A DNA stretch of 64,000 nucleotides from Polyangiaceae bacterium. Lineage in GTDB: Bacteria > Myxococcota_A > Polyangia > Polyangiales > Polyangiaceae. The position numbers and the translations under genes were made by a program. Below are positions 21,909-32,991 of this stretch, piece after piece; position 1 is the first letter of the stretch; each line of letters begins with the position of its first letter. Location of the stretch: contig JANRKO010000019.1 of assembly GCA_033763455.1 (NCBI GenBank), positions 96,001 through 160,000 of the forward strand, read 5' to 3'. The notes under the pieces are model-generated. The model was not told where the DNA came from, did no database searches, and was given only the letters and a program-made list of their open reading frames with translations.

Positions 21909-24900
21909 CTACTGCGAGGCTGGAGAAGGTTGCCACGGTTGCGGTGCAGGCGGAGGCAACTCGTCGCTCAGCGGGACCACGGCGAGCGACTCCACTTCGA
22001 CCCCCGGGGCGGCGACAACAATCAACGCTGCGCTCCGCCCCGCGACCGCTCCAGACTCAGCAGCCATGGGCCCGTAGATCTGCACGAAATCAGGACCTGC
22101 CGGGATTCGCAGCTCAAGCGTTGTCTGATTGTCAAGAGTTGGCAAATTACGAGAGGTTACGAGCTTACCTTTACTGTTATACATTACCTGGTGTTTGCCC
22201 GAGCTCACCCGCACCCAGCCATCGGAGCGCAGCGAGCGAGCTCGAACGAGCACCCTCACCCCTCGCCCGTTACCACCCGGAGGGACAGTAACGTGCACGA
22301 GGGCGCCTAGCTCGCTCTGCGCCTGGAGTCGGGAAAGCTCTCTTGCCGTGGGGCCGCCTATGAACTCCAGGGCTCGACTCTGCAAGGCCACCTTGAGCCC
22401 GTTAGGAAGTGGGTCTGGTACCCCCAAGAATCGCACCAATGGGGCTGACACCACTGGTCCGATATCGAGTGCGAGCAAGGCCTCGCTCAGTGCCACCCGG
22501 GTGTTCTGATATCGCTCTTCTGTAAATGCTGTGAGCAGCGGGCCGCGTGCGCCCTCGTCGCCGATGGCTGCAAGTGCGTTGGCAATTTCCGGGCGCAACC
22601 GGACATCTCCGAGTGCGCGCGTCAAAGCATAGACAGCCCCTTTGTCCCTGATTCGCCCGATCGCCTTCAATATCTGTTTCGACCGTTCGAAGTCGCGGGC
22701 GCTCGGATCGTTCCACCAGCCGAGGAGTTCCGTTTTCCCCGAGTCGTTGCCGTCCTCGGCCAAGGTCAGCGCGCTCAACCTGCGCCACTTCCGCTCCGGA
22801 TCCTGTAGCAGCTCAATTGTTAAGGGCGCTCCTTCGCCGAAGCGAGTGAGCGCTAGCGCCGCCCAGCGTTTCACCTCTGGTGCCTCGTCTCGTCGTAGCG
22901 CCAGGCGGAGAGCCGGCGCAGTCTCGGGGCGCCTCAAGTCGAACAGCTCCTCGGCGGCTTTAGCGCGGATTGCCCCATCCGAATCGTCCAGGAGCGCGGC
23001 CACATCCAGAGCCACATCTCCGTCGCCAGACATGGCCCGTAGGATGGGTGCGGGCCAGCCTTTGCCTTCGGCTCGCAGCCCCTGTTGCTCAAAGCGGCCA
23101 TGCGATTCACCCAAAGCTGTCAGCTGAGCACGCATGTTCGCAAAGCGCTGCGGTTCACTCCGTGAAAGATCCCGGCGCTCGCCTGGATCCGAAATGATGT
23201 CGTACAGCGCGCACGCCCCCACCCGACGAGCACATACGAGGCGGTAGTTGCCCTCGGCCAACAGCGTTTGTTCGTCGGTTTCGGCGAGGGCAAGGCCGTT
23301 GGTGTTCGCAGGTGGCGACGAAACCAGCCAAGGTCCAAGGCTCTTGCCGCGAATGCGCGGCGGTATTGGGATTTTGAGTAGGTCGAGGAACGTGGGCAAA
23401 AGATCAATGGTTTGGACTGGTGGCGAAACCCGCGGAGAATGCCTGTGGCCAGGGATTTGTACGATTAAAGGCACGCGCACCTGCTCCTCATAGACGCTTG
23501 ATCCGTGATAGCGCCCACCGTGTTCACCAAACTCCTCGCCGTGATCGGCCGTGAGTACCACTACGGTGTTTGGATCTCGCTCGCGCATCAAGCGCACCAG
23601 CTTGCCAAATGTAGTGTCCGCAGCTCGAATTTCGGAGTCGTAGCGATCGATATCGCGGTCGCCGAAGGGATGTTCACTGTGGTTTTCGTAGGGTTCGTGG
23701 GGCCCGAACAAGTGTACCCAAACAAAAGCAGGTGTGTTCGCGTCGATCCCCTTTAGGTAGTCGCGCACGTGGCCGACGCGTTGATCACCCTCTGCGAATT
23801 CTTCCTTTTTATATTCGAACCCCAGGGCTTTCTCCTGAAAATGAGAGAAGCGTGAGCCGTCGATGAAGAAGACCGCCGGTGGGAAAAAAGCAGCTGTTTT
23901 GTAGCCATAAGTGCGGAAGATTTCCGCCCAGGTTATTGAATCACCGCCATTTCCCTGGAGCAGGAGCGGCCTCATGTATTTGCCGGTCATGAGCGACGTA
24001 ATTGAATACGAAGTGTGGGGTGTGGGCGCGTACGCACGATCGAAGAGCGTTGCGGTGCGCGCAAGCTCATCGATGTTGGGTGTCGTGTTCCGCTGGTAAC
24101 CGTAGGCGCCCACGTGGTCGGCGCGGAGCGCGTCTACGCTTACCAGAAGGACGCTGCGGCCTCGCAGATCTAGATCGACTGACCCCGTCGGGGCCTCGCC
24201 TACGGCATCACAGGGAACGTTTTCGCGCGGTATGCAGGGCTCAAGCGTTGGTGGCGGAGCCACGCTAGCAGCAACCTTTATCGCATATCGGGCCGAAGGT
24301 GCGGTCTCAAACAAGATCAGGCGAAAATTGTCAAAACCGGCCAGATTTCTAGCACTGGGTGCCAGGGTGAGCCCGCACGTGAGGATGACTAATAACGTAA
24401 GTGAAGGCACCAGTAGAGCGCCGGACCTCCCCCAAAATCGCGGGACTTTGCCGGAAAAAGCTAGGCCAACGACCGAAAACGTTGCAAGCACACTCAGGCA
24501 AAGGTGGAATGCGGGATACAAGCGAACCAAAATCAACTGGTTTGCCAGCTCGAAACCAATCGTTGCGGCTACCAGCGACGAGCGCCACAGCCACCCGTTC
24601 CTTGAGGAGAAGCGGCGGATCTTCGGCGCCACCCACCACCAGATCGCCGCAAAAAACAGTCCGGTGAACAGGGCGAAGCCCCCACGCAGCCCCAGGCTCG
24701 AAAGATGCCGCCCTCCCCCAACACCCCAGCCAAACCCAGCCAGAATGAGCCCTACGCTGACCGCGCTTAAGGCACGAGCAAAAGCGTGCTCGTGCGTAAC
24801 GAGGGCCCATACAATTGCGCCTAAAAGGGCCACCGCGGTGGCAACCAAGAGCAGTGACGGCAGGAGCCACAAGATCCCAAACTGCACTTCCCAAAAGCCA

Positions 24901-25055
24901 GTCAGTCGAGCCCGTTCAAGCGCGAGCACGGCCACAAGCTCAAGCAGCGCAAATGCCCACACCCAGAGGACGGCGAGCGTGCAGCGAGCCAACTCCGCCG
25001 AGAAAGGCGCAAAAAACGCCGAATGCCTGCCTGCCCCTGCGCCCGCAGAGACCAC
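21909..25055 (-). CDS. Membrane-anchored sulfatase/alkaline-phosphatase-superfamily protein with HEAT repeats
   Basis: About 7 TMs, VSVDALRADH, HLFGPHEPY, TADHGEEFGEHG, VRVPL, then HEAT-like helices. Confidence 0.85.
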   Translation of the reverse strand: MVSAGAGAGRHSAFFAPFSAELARCTLAVLWVWAFALLELVAVLALERARLTGFWEVQFGILWLLPSLLLVATAVALLGAIVWALVTHEHAFARALSAVSVGLILAGFGWGVGGGRHLSSLGLRGGFALFTGLFFAAIWWWVAPKIRRFSSRNGWLWRSSLVAATIGFELANQLILVRLYPAFHLCLSVLATFSVVGLAFSGKVPRFWGRSGALLVPSLTLLVILTCGLTLAPSARNLAGFDNFRLILFETAPSARYAIKVAASVAPPPTLEPCIPRENVPCDAVGEAPTGSVDLDLRGRSVLLVSVDALRADHVGAYGYQRNTTPNIDELARTATLFDRAYAPTPHTSYSITSLMTGKYMRPLLLQGNGGDSITWAEIFRTYGYKTAAFFPPAVFFIDGSRFSHFQEKALGFEYKKEEFAEGDQRVGHVRDYLKGIDANTPAFVWVHLFGPHEPYENHSEHPFGDRDIDRYDSEIRAADTTFGKLVRLMRERDPNTVVVLTADHGEEFGEHGGRYHGSSVYEEQVRVPLIVQIPGHRHSPRVSPPVQTIDLLPTFLDLLKIPIPPRIRGKSLGPWLVSSPPANTNGLALAETDEQTLLAEGNYRLVCARRVGACALYDIISDPGERRDLSRSEPQRFANMRAQLTALGESHGRFEQQGLRAEGKGWPAPILRAMSGDGDVALDVAALLDDSDGAIRAKAAEELFDLRRPETAPALRLALRRDEAPEVKRWAALALTRFGEGAPLTIELLQDPERKWRRLSALTLAEDGNDSGKTELLGWWNDPSARDFERSKQILKAIGRIRDKGAVYALTRALGDVRLRPEIANALAAIGDEGARGPLLTAFTEERYQNTRVALSEALLALDIGPVVSAPLVRFLGVPDPLPNGLKVALQSRALEFIGGPTARELSRLQAQSELGALVHVTVPPGGNGRGVRVLVRARSLRSDGWVRVSSGKHQVMYNSKGKLVTSRNLPTLDNQTTLELRIPAGPDFVQIYGPMAAESGAVAGRSAALIVVAAPGVEVESLAVVPLSDELPPPAPQPWQPSPASQ

Positions 25056-25057
25056 GG

Positions 25058-25534
25058 CTACTTGTACTCGATGCTCACTATCTCGTAGGTGCGTTTGCCA
25101 CCAGGCAACGTCACCGTTATCTCATCGCCCACTTCGCGACTGATCATAGCCCGTGCAAGCGGTGCTGAAATCGAGATGGTGCCCTCATCGATGTTGGCTT
25201 CATCCGCCCCCAAGATCTGGTAGGTGACCTCCTCTTCGGTCGCGATGTTGAGGAGGCATACGGTGGCACCGAACTTCACCTTGGCACCCACCAGAGTCGC
25301 AGGATCGATAATCTCAGCTCGGGCGAGCTTGTCTTCGATATCCTTAATCCGCGCTTCCGCCATGCCTTGACGCTCTTTAGCAGCGTGATACTCGGCATTT
25401 TCTTTAAGATCGCCGTGTTCACGGGCGACCCCAATTTCACGAGAGATCTTGGGGCGTTCTTCTTTGAGCCGTTGAAGCTCATCCTTCAGCTTCTGTGCGC
25501 CTCGGGGTGTCATCGGAACCGTGTCCACTGCCAT
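25058..25534 (-). CDS. greA: Transcription elongation factor GreA
   Basis: [28 protein letters not shown]. Confidence 0.96.
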   Translation of the reverse strand: MAVDTVPMTPRGAQKLKDELQRLKEERPKISREIGVAREHGDLKENAEYHAAKERQGMAEARIKDIEDKLARAEIIDPATLVGAKVKFGATVCLLNIATEEEVTYQILGADEANIDEGTISISAPLARAMISREVGDEITVTLPGGKRTYEIVSIEYK

Positions 25535-25664
25535 GGGGCGACTCAATACCTGAGTTGGGGGCCTAAGCAAGCCCAAGAGCCCCCTTCATCTCCTTCGACC
25601 TCCGTCTTTTGCTCGCCAAGGCCTTGCACCCCCACCGGGGATAGCGCTACGGAAGTGGACTCAA

Positions 25665-26489
25665 ATGCGGCGACATTGGCTGGTCTTTTTCGTTCTTTGG
25701 CTGCCCCTGGCGTGCGCGGAGGCCCCCAAACGTGCCGAGACAGCGGCAGAATATCGCGCCAACTCCAAGCGCGCATACGATGAAGCCATGGAGGACTATT
25801 TCGACCGCAACTGGGAGCGGTTCGTCCCCAAGATGGAGGAGCTTGAGCGTCGCTACGCGAATAGTAGATGGGGACGCCTGGCCGCACTGCGCATCGCGGA
25901 CGCCGAGTTCGAACAGCAAAAGTACCTCGAAGCGAGTACTTCCTACAAAGGCTTCGCTCACGATCACCCCAATGATCCCGAGGTCCCGTACGCACGCTTT
26001 CGCGCCGCAAAAGCCCTGTTTCAATCAACTGGCGACAGCGCCATTCTGCCACCGCTTGAAGAGCGCGATCTCGCACAAATCCGGGATGCCAACAGCGCGA
26101 TAACCGCCCACCTGAGCGACTACCCAACGTCCAAATGGGTGCCCGAGCTCAACTATATGTTGGAGGTCACCAGCGGTATGCTGGCTCGCCATGAGTTGTA
26201 CGTAGCGCGCTTCCACCTCACCGATGATCGCTTTGAGGCAGCTGCTGCGCGCGTGAAATTCGCTTTGGCTACGCAGAAGGGCTCGGGGCTTGAGCCCGAA
26301 GCATACGTGCTTTTGGCTGAAATTCACCTGAAAATGAAACAGCCTGGCGAAGCTCGTGGGTTGCTTGAAAAGGTGTTGGCGGAGTATCCCAATAGCCCCT
26401 TCACCGTCCCGGCGGGTCAGTTTCTCGCCCGCCTGGGTGGGGTCGCAAGTAAAGCTTCGGAACCTTCGTCGGCTGCAAAGCCTCAGTAG
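25665..26489 (+). CDS. bamD: Outer membrane assembly lipoprotein BamD
   Basis: PLAC lipobox, TPRs, RYANS...ALRIAD, LARHELYVARFH. Confidence 0.88.
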   Translation: MRRHWLVFFVLWLPLACAEAPKRAETAAEYRANSKRAYDEAMEDYFDRNWERFVPKMEELERRYANSRWGRLAALRIADAEFEQQKYLEASTSYKGFAHDHPNDPEVPYARFRAAKALFQSTGDSAILPPLEERDLAQIRDANSAITAHLSDYPTSKWVPELNYMLEVTSGMLARHELYVARFHLTDDRFEAAAARVKFALATQKGSGLEPEAYVLLAEIHLKMKQPGEARGLLEKVLAEYPNSPFTVPAGQFLARLGGVASKASEPSSAAKPQ

Positions 26490-26504
26490 ATCGGGGGGCC
26501 GTTC

Positions 26505-27971
26505 ATGAACCCTTCGGGCACCGGGAACCAGCTTTCACTCGTCGCGCCCACCGTACTCGTCGTCGACGACGAGAAGAACATTCGCCGCACGCTCGCGATG
26601 GTGCTGACGGGTGAAGGCTACCGCTTCCTCGAAGCTGAAGATGCCGAACACGCTCTCGAGATCATTGCGAGCCCCACCGAGCCCGTAAATTTGGCGATAT
26701 TTGACCTTAAACTGCCTGGAATGTCAGGGCTTGAAGCCTTGGAGCGCATCCGTGCGGACGAAGCCACACGCGATTTGCCGGTGATTGTCATCAGCGGGCA
26801 CGCCACCGTGCACGACGCCGTCCACGCGATCAAGCTTGGCGCCACGGATTTCTTCGAGAAGCCGCTCAATCGCGAACGCATTCTGGTGAGCGTTCGAAAC
26901 AGTTTGCACGCGGCGCAGCTGAGCCGGACGGTAGCCGAAATGCGCGCGGAGATGACCGCGCGCTATGAGATGATCGGCTCAAGCCCCCCACTCAAGAAGT
27001 TGTTTCAAGACATCGACAAAGTGGCACCCACCAAGGCCACCGTACTCATCGTTGGGGAAAGCGGTACCGGCAAGGAACTCATCAGTCGCGCGGTGCATCG
27101 GCTGAGCCCCCGCAGTGAAGCGTCGTTTGTGAAGGTGAATTGCGCTGCCATCCCTCAGGAGCTGATTGAAAGCGCACTCTTTGGGCACGAAAAAGGCGCT
27201 TTTACAGGTGCCCAAAGCCGAACGCGCGGATTTTTCGAACAAGCCCACGGGGGCACTCTCTTTCTCGACGAAATCGGCGATATGGCGCTATCGGCGCAAG
27301 CCAAATTGTTGCGCGCGCTGCAGAACGGTGAAGTGGTGCGGGTCGGTTCGGAGCATGTGATCCACGTGGATGTTCGCGTGCTCGCAGCCACCAACCGCGA
27401 TCTCGAAAAGCATGTAGCGCAGGGCCTATTCCGAGAAGATCTCTACTTCCGGCTGAACGTATTCCCGCTTACTGCGCCCGCGCTACGAGATCGGCCAGAG
27501 GATATCCGGGCGCTGGCAGAGTCCTTTGTGCTGGCCTTTTGCCGTGAAAACGGCATGCCGCCCAAAGCCATCGATCCTGGCGTCTTCGAGGCTCTGGCCC
27601 GACGTTCGTGGCCCGGCAACGTGCGTGAGCTCAAGAATGTGGTGGAGCGCGCTGCCATCCTTTCGGAGGGCAGGATCACGATCGCGGATTTGCCCGAAGA
27701 TCCCCACGCAAGCCCATTTGACGATGAAGGCGAGAGCGCAGGCGTCAACGAAAGCGCCAGCGTTCCCCGAATTCGGTTACCGGCGTCACCCGCTAGCAAT
27801 GAACGCCTGACATTACGCGAATACCGTGACGCTGCCGAGCGCAGCTATATCTTGCACACGCTGCAGGAACTCGAATGGAACATCTCGCGTGCCGCCACCG
27901 CCTTGGGGGTGGAGCGTACCAACCTCCACAAGAAGATCCGCGGCTACGGCATCGTGCGCGGCGAAAGCTAG
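26505..27971 (+). CDS. Sigma54-dependent response regulator (NtrC/NtrX family)
   Basis: Receiver VVDDE...DLKLPG, GESGTGKE, GAFTGA, LFLDEIGD, WPGNVRELKN, Fis-type HTH. Confidence 0.95.
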   Translation: MNPSGTGNQLSLVAPTVLVVDDEKNIRRTLAMVLTGEGYRFLEAEDAEHALEIIASPTEPVNLAIFDLKLPGMSGLEALERIRADEATRDLPVIVISGHATVHDAVHAIKLGATDFFEKPLNRERILVSVRNSLHAAQLSRTVAEMRAEMTARYEMIGSSPPLKKLFQDIDKVAPTKATVLIVGESGTGKELISRAVHRLSPRSEASFVKVNCAAIPQELIESALFGHEKGAFTGAQSRTRGFFEQAHGGTLFLDEIGDMALSAQAKLLRALQNGEVVRVGSEHVIHVDVRVLAATNRDLEKHVAQGLFREDLYFRLNVFPLTAPALRDRPEDIRALAESFVLAFCRENGMPPKAIDPGVFEALARRSWPGNVRELKNVVERAAILSEGRITIADLPEDPHASPFDDEGESAGVNESASVPRIRLPASPASNERLTLREYRDAAERSYILHTLQELEWNISRAATALGVERTNLHKKIRGYGIVRGES

Positions 27972-28376
27972 CTAAAGCCAACCGCCCTCATGCAGCAAGA
28001 GTTCTATGGAGCTGCAACACTTTTGCGCCACTTCGAGCTCTTCGCTCGCGCTTTCTGCGGTGAATACGAAAAAACGATTATAATCGGCCTCTCCGCGGAA
28101 CTGTTCCAGGCGGCTTAAGGCCTTAGCAACGTCAGGTGATAACCTGTTTTGCATGACGAAGTGCAGGCCCAACATGCTGCCTACTCCACTGTGGGTTTTG
28201 GGCTCGATCCCTTCGGTGAGCAGTAGCGCAATTGCATAATGGAGGGCCGCGTAATAGGCACGGCTGACGGCGTCGCTGAATAAACCCAGCTTGAGTAGCT
28301 CTTCGGCGGCGCGCCGCGCGCTCTTGGCGCGAGCAACCTCCGCCGCAATGTGCAGCTTCTGGTTTTCCTGCGTCAC
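27972..28376 (-). CDS. HEPN domain protein (putative toxin)
   Basis: AVSRAYYAALH, PKTHSG, RGEADY; overlaps the MNT stop. Confidence 0.88.
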   Translation of the reverse strand: MTQENQKLHIAAEVARAKSARRAAEELLKLGLFSDAVSRAYYAALHYAIALLLTEGIEPKTHSGVGSMLGLHFVMQNRLSPDVAKALSRLEQFRGEADYNRFFVFTAESASEELEVAQKCCSSIELLLHEGGWL

Positions 28377-28699
28377 AGAGGCACCCCTTCGCGCTGGATG
28401 TTCAAAGCAATGCCGGCTTCGAGTTCGGTTAGCCTGCTAAACTCTTCTGGAGTCATCAGAAGAGGGGAAATGGTGAGCCCCAAAGGCCACCCAAGCTCAG
28501 CGGCGTCACCCAAGGCGGCAACCTTCTCCGCCTTGGTGAGCCCGCGGACCAATACCGCAATGTCTAGGTCGCTGTGCTCATGGGCTTCCCCCCGAGCATA
28601 CGACCCATATACACGTGCGGAAATGAGGCGAGGCCCAAATCGCTGGCGCAAGCGTGCGTGATAGCGTTGAGCCACGGGCATGAGGGCTTGGGACTCCAC
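28373..28699 (-). CDS. Minimal nucleotidyltransferase (MNT, putative antitoxin)
   Basis: YGSYARGEAHEHSDLDIAV (GSx10DxD), C-terminal NIQREG. Confidence 0.9.
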   Translation of the reverse strand: MESQALMPVAQRYHARLRQRFGPRLISARVYGSYARGEAHEHSDLDIAVLVRGLTKAEKVAALGDAAELGWPLGLTISPLLMTPEEFSRLTELEAGIALNIQREGVPL

Positions 28700-28803
28700 C
28701 GCACAAGTCTAACACACTGGGCCCGCCGACGAAGCGCGGGGGACGAGCTGTACCATGCGGGCTCGACGCGTGTGCCGCAAACCCCGACTTTTTCTAGAAA
28801 AAG

Positions 28804-29247
28804 CTAGGCTGTCCCCGTGGAGCCGTAGCCTCCAGCACCACGTGCGGTGTTTGAAAGCTCAGAGGCCCATGCGAGCTCCACGCGTGTGACGGGAGCAATT
28901 ACGAGCTGCGCGATACGCGACAATGGTTCCACCACAAAAGGCACCTGCCCGTGGTTGATTAACACGATCCCGATTTCTCCGCGAAAATCAGCGTCGATCG
29001 TGCCCGGGGCATTCACGATGCTAATCCCAAATTTTAGGGCCAAGCCCGAACGTGGGCGCACCTGGCCTTCGTAACCGGCCGGCAATTCTAGGCCGAGCCC
29101 CGTGGGGATAAGGCGCCGAACGCCGGGGCCAAGCTCGATCGGATCGGTGATGGCCGCACAGAGATCGAAACCTGCAGCGAGCTCCGTTTGGTACGCGGGA
29201 AGAGGCACAGCGACCGGCCCCATGGCTTTTACTAACACGCGTAACAT
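28804..29247 (-). CDS. dut: dUTP diphosphatase
   Basis: [44 protein letters not shown] before ATG 29247. Confidence 0.96.
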   Translation of the reverse strand: MLRVLVKAMGPVAVPLPAYQTELAAGFDLCAAITDPIELGPGVRRLIPTGLGLELPAGYEGQVRPRSGLALKFGISIVNAPGTIDADFRGEIGIVLINHGQVPFVVEPLSRIAQLVIAPVTRVELAWASELSNTARGAGGYGSTGTA

Positions 29248-29288
29248 GGTTGTTCCTTTGGGGTGGTAGAAATCCGATGCCCGGGGGG

Positions 29289-31913
29289 TCATTGGGCAAC
29301 GGCGGGTTCTCGTTTGTTGGAGTGCCTCTCGAAGATTTCGCTCGCCATTCCCTTCAGCTTTGAAGCTTCGCGCAAGATGGCGTCGTTGCGCTGATAATGC
29401 GGGGAATTGGTGACATATTGGACGAACGCCGTGTAGCTTTTGGCGACCTCAAGTTCGTTGCCGATCTCTTTCGCGATAGCAATGGACCGCATGAAATAAT
29501 CCACGGCTTTGGCTTCATGCCCTTCGCCCCAAGCTCCGGCGCCGGTGACCTCCCCCAGCGTGCGCAGCGCAGCTGCTAAACGCACTTTGCTCCGCACTTG
29601 CCCGAACAGATCCACGGCATGTTTGATAGCCTGACGAGCCTTGAGCAATTCCTTTTGTTTGAGGTATGTCTTAGCTAGGCCGCGCTTTGCTTCAGCGAGG
29701 TGCAGGCGATCTCCGAGTTCGTCACAGAGCTCCTCAGCTTGGGTGAGAAAACGAAGGGCTTCGGTGGTGTTGCCCAGGCGCTGGTGGGTTTCGCCGATGC
29801 GTGTGAGCACTCCCGCGATGCGGTTGTGTTCTCCGATGTCTTGGGCTGCTTGGTAAGCCTGGTTGAAGAGCACCAGCGCGCGCTCGTGATCGGCTTGATC
29901 ATGCGCCAAGCGTCCGAGATTATTGAGGCTTTCGACCACACCCAACGGATCAGCCACCTCGCGGCGGATTTGCAGTGCAGCCTCCAGCGCTTCGCTCGCC
30001 TTTCGGGCCTCGCCGTGTTCCATCCAAACCAGGCCAATGTTGTTGAGGCTGAGCGCAATCGAGCGTCTATCCCCAATTTCTTTGCGCATATCGAGCGCTG
30101 TTTTTAGGTGTTTCAGTGCGGCGCTGTAATCACCCCGGACCCACAAAAGCATCCCAATATCGTCGTGGCTGGAGGCGATCCCCCGCTTATCGTCGGCGCT
30201 TTCAAATAGCTTGAGGCCCGCGTCGAGGTGCTGCCGGGCCTCGCCGAGCGCGCCTGCATCGCGGCACAAACGGCCGATACGGTTGTGCGCGGCCCCACCC
30301 TTGGCGAACAGGGCGAACTGGTAGGCAAGCTTCAGCATTTCCCGAAACGCTGCCAAGGCTTCATCGGTTTTGCCTAGCACCAGCAATACGTCACCATGGT
30401 TATGCAAACCGTTCATGCGACGCAGGCAGTCGTCTGCACCTAGCAGCGATAGCCCTTTGCTGAAATACTCATCTGCTTTTTTGGCGGCATAGTGGCTGCG
30501 CGCCAAGTCCCCAGCATCGAGGTAAGCGAGCCCAGCTCGGGTGAACGAGCCAGATTGCTCAAGGTGTTGCGCGAGCATGGCGCAATAGCTCTCCTGAGTC
30601 TTTACCTGGGGCTTTTGAGCCAACCAATCGGCGATGGTTTGGTGGTATTTCTGACTCGCTGAAGCGCTGGTTAAATTCGCGATCTTCTGGCGTTCGAGGT
30701 TGTGTTTGAAGACGTATTCGATGTCACCCGTGAAGGCCGAATCCTGGAGCTTGAGCACGTAGTCGCGCCGCACGAGGTCATCCAGCGCGGCCGAGATGGC
30801 CACGGTATCGGTACGCTCCTCTGGATCCCAGAAGTTCGGAGTCTCGCGCTCCATTCGCTCTAGGGTCACTAGCCCCCCGAGCCAAAACACGCCCCCCATC
30901 GCCGCTGCGTGTTCCAGCACCCGACGATCGAGCGGAGACATGGCCGACACACGCAGCGCGACGGCATCGTCCACCGTGAGAGGCATGCGAACGCTTGCCA
31001 ACTTATCGAGGTTCACCACCCACCCCGAACCTTCCTCAGGAGCTCGCTGCAAGACGCCGGAATCGTGAAAAATGTGAACCATTCCGCGCAGTAGCCCTGG
31101 ATTGCCACCAGCCACACCCACACTTGCCTCAATCAAGGCATCGGGTGGACCGTCAGCACAGGGGCGCAGCAACTGACTGATGAGCTCCACGCTTTCGGGT
31201 TGACTCAGCGGAGTTAACTCGAGGCGCTGATGCCGGAATTCGCCATAGTGAAACCAGTTCGGGTAGCGAGTGATGAGTTCGGGCCGCGAGGTGCACACGA
31301 CCAAAACCTTGGCGTGCAGATTCTCGAGTAAATACAGCAAGAGCTCCGCCGAATCGTCATCGGTGTGGTGCACATCTTCGAACACCAAGCAGATCGGCGA
31401 AAGCTGTGCGTCTTTCTCAAGGAAACTCCGCACGACTGCCCGACGCAGAAAACGCGCCTGGGCGGGATCATCGGCGATGGCACGCGTGAGCGGGCTATCT
31501 TCGAATTCAAGGCCCATGAGCTGAGCAAGGAAAAAGCAAACATCTCCGACTTTTCGATCTTCCAGTACTTCGGCGACCCGGCTTCGGATGCGGCTCCGGA
31601 TTTCCTCGGGCTCCATGCCTTCGCCAATCTCAAAGCGATCACGCAAGAGCCGCCCGAACATGCCGTACCCGAGCACCTGGGAGCGCGCGCGTCCGGAGAA
31701 AACTCGGAGTTGAGCGGGCTCGGTTTTCGCGAGATCTCCGAGGAACTCTTCAATCAATCGCGATTTGCCAAGCCCAGCGTTGCCCAGGATCGTAACGCCC
31801 TGGAAGGCCCCATCTTTTGATACACGCTGGTACGCCTCACGCAGCGCAGCAAGCTCCTGGGTTCGCCCCACAAGCTCAGCACGCAGCCTCAGCGAATCGG
31901 GCTGCCGATCCAT
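29289..31913 (-). CDS. STAND-like AAA ATPase with C-terminal TPR array
   Basis: [34 protein letters not shown], about 8 TPRs. Confidence 0.88.
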   Translation of the reverse strand: MDRQPDSLRLRAELVGRTQELAALREAYQRVSKDGAFQGVTILGNAGLGKSRLIEEFLGDLAKTEPAQLRVFSGRARSQVLGYGMFGRLLRDRFEIGEGMEPEEIRSRIRSRVAEVLEDRKVGDVCFFLAQLMGLEFEDSPLTRAIADDPAQARFLRRAVVRSFLEKDAQLSPICLVFEDVHHTDDDSAELLLYLLENLHAKVLVVCTSRPELITRYPNWFHYGEFRHQRLELTPLSQPESVELISQLLRPCADGPPDALIEASVGVAGGNPGLLRGMVHIFHDSGVLQRAPEEGSGWVVNLDKLASVRMPLTVDDAVALRVSAMSPLDRRVLEHAAAMGGVFWLGGLVTLERMERETPNFWDPEERTDTVAISAALDDLVRRDYVLKLQDSAFTGDIEYVFKHNLERQKIANLTSASASQKYHQTIADWLAQKPQVKTQESYCAMLAQHLEQSGSFTRAGLAYLDAGDLARSHYAAKKADEYFSKGLSLLGADDCLRRMNGLHNHGDVLLVLGKTDEALAAFREMLKLAYQFALFAKGGAAHNRIGRLCRDAGALGEARQHLDAGLKLFESADDKRGIASSHDDIGMLLWVRGDYSAALKHLKTALDMRKEIGDRRSIALSLNNIGLVWMEHGEARKASEALEAALQIRREVADPLGVVESLNNLGRLAHDQADHERALVLFNQAYQAAQDIGEHNRIAGVLTRIGETHQRLGNTTEALRFLTQAEELCDELGDRLHLAEAKRGLAKTYLKQKELLKARQAIKHAVDLFGQVRSKVRLAAALRTLGEVTGAGAWGEGHEAKAVDYFMRSIAIAKEIGNELEVAKSYTAFVQYVTNSPHYQRNDAILREASKLKGMASEIFERHSNKREPAVAQ

Positions 31914-32142
31914 CGGCGCAGTGTCCTCTTGTTTTTGAGAAGGAACAAGGTCCCAGAACCAGGCCGTCGAGAAGATCCGCTGGTCTTGAAATTCCAGGGC
32001 AAAGCGGCGGCGGGGGAGCCCGCTCTCGGTGCTTGAGGTTAAGACGGGGGAAGGCTATGCGGGGACCCCGATTTTCGCCCCATCCTGGCCGCTCCAATTT
32101 CCCTTTTGAAGGCCTGGTTGCTAACCTCCACAGCTTCCTCCG

Positions 32143-32991
32143 GTGACCCTACCCGCCAAAACCCCCACCCTGACCACGGCCGACGAAAAACGATCCGTTG
32201 GTGAAGGGCTTTTCAACAAGTGTCAGGGCTGTGGCTCCATGCTTACAGCCGCGGATTTGCAGCTCAATTGGCACGTTTGCCCCAGTTGCGGTTTTCACCA
32301 CACGATGGAGCACGGGCGTTGGCGCGAGCTCCTACTGGATGATGGCACGCTGCTCCCGTGGGAAGAGCACGTGCAGCCCGCCGATCCCCTGCAGTTTATC
32401 GACCAGAAGCCCTACACAGATCGACTCCTCAAGGCCCAGGCCTCGGCTCAGGCGAGCGAGTCGGTGGAAGTTGGGCAGGGCAAGATTTTTGGGCGTCAAG
32501 TGGCGTACGGATCGTATGTTTTTGGCTTTATGGCTGGGACCATGGGCTCCGTCGCTGGCGAGCGCATCGTGCGCCTCTTTGAGAGGGCAACAGCCAAACG
32601 GCTTCCCGTGATCCTGCTGCATGCTTCGGGGGGTGCTCGTATGCAGGAAGGGATCTTAAGCCTGATGCAAATGGCGAAAACCGTGGCCGCTTTGGGCCGA
32701 TTTCGTGCGTGCCGGCAGCCCTACATCAGCATCTTGATGCACCCTACAACCGGAGGAGTTGCTGCAAGCACCGCACTTTTGGGCGATGTCAATATCGCCG
32801 AACCCAATGCACTCATTGGATTTGCGGGGCCGCGCGTGATTGAAAACACCCTGCGCACCACGCTCCCTGAGGGGTTCCAAAGGTCTGATTTTCTGCTTTC
32901 GCACGGCATGGTGGATACCATCGTGCCACGCGTAGAAATGAAGGCCACGCTGAATACTCTCTTGAACCACCTTTGCCGCGAGCTGAAGTGA
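32143..32991 (+). CDS. accD: Acetyl-CoA carboxylase carboxyltransferase beta subunit
   Basis: CQGC...CPSC zinc finger, SGGARMQEGILSLMQM, PTTGGV, GFAGPRVIE. Confidence 0.96.
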   Translation: MTLPAKTPTLTTADEKRSVGEGLFNKCQGCGSMLTAADLQLNWHVCPSCGFHHTMEHGRWRELLLDDGTLLPWEEHVQPADPLQFIDQKPYTDRLLKAQASAQASESVEVGQGKIFGRQVAYGSYVFGFMAGTMGSVAGERIVRLFERATAKRLPVILLHASGGARMQEGILSLMQMAKTVAALGRFRACRQPYISILMHPTTGGVAASTALLGDVNIAEPNALIGFAGPRVIENTLRTTLPEGFQRSDFLLSHGMVDTIVPRVEMKATLNTLLNHLCRELK

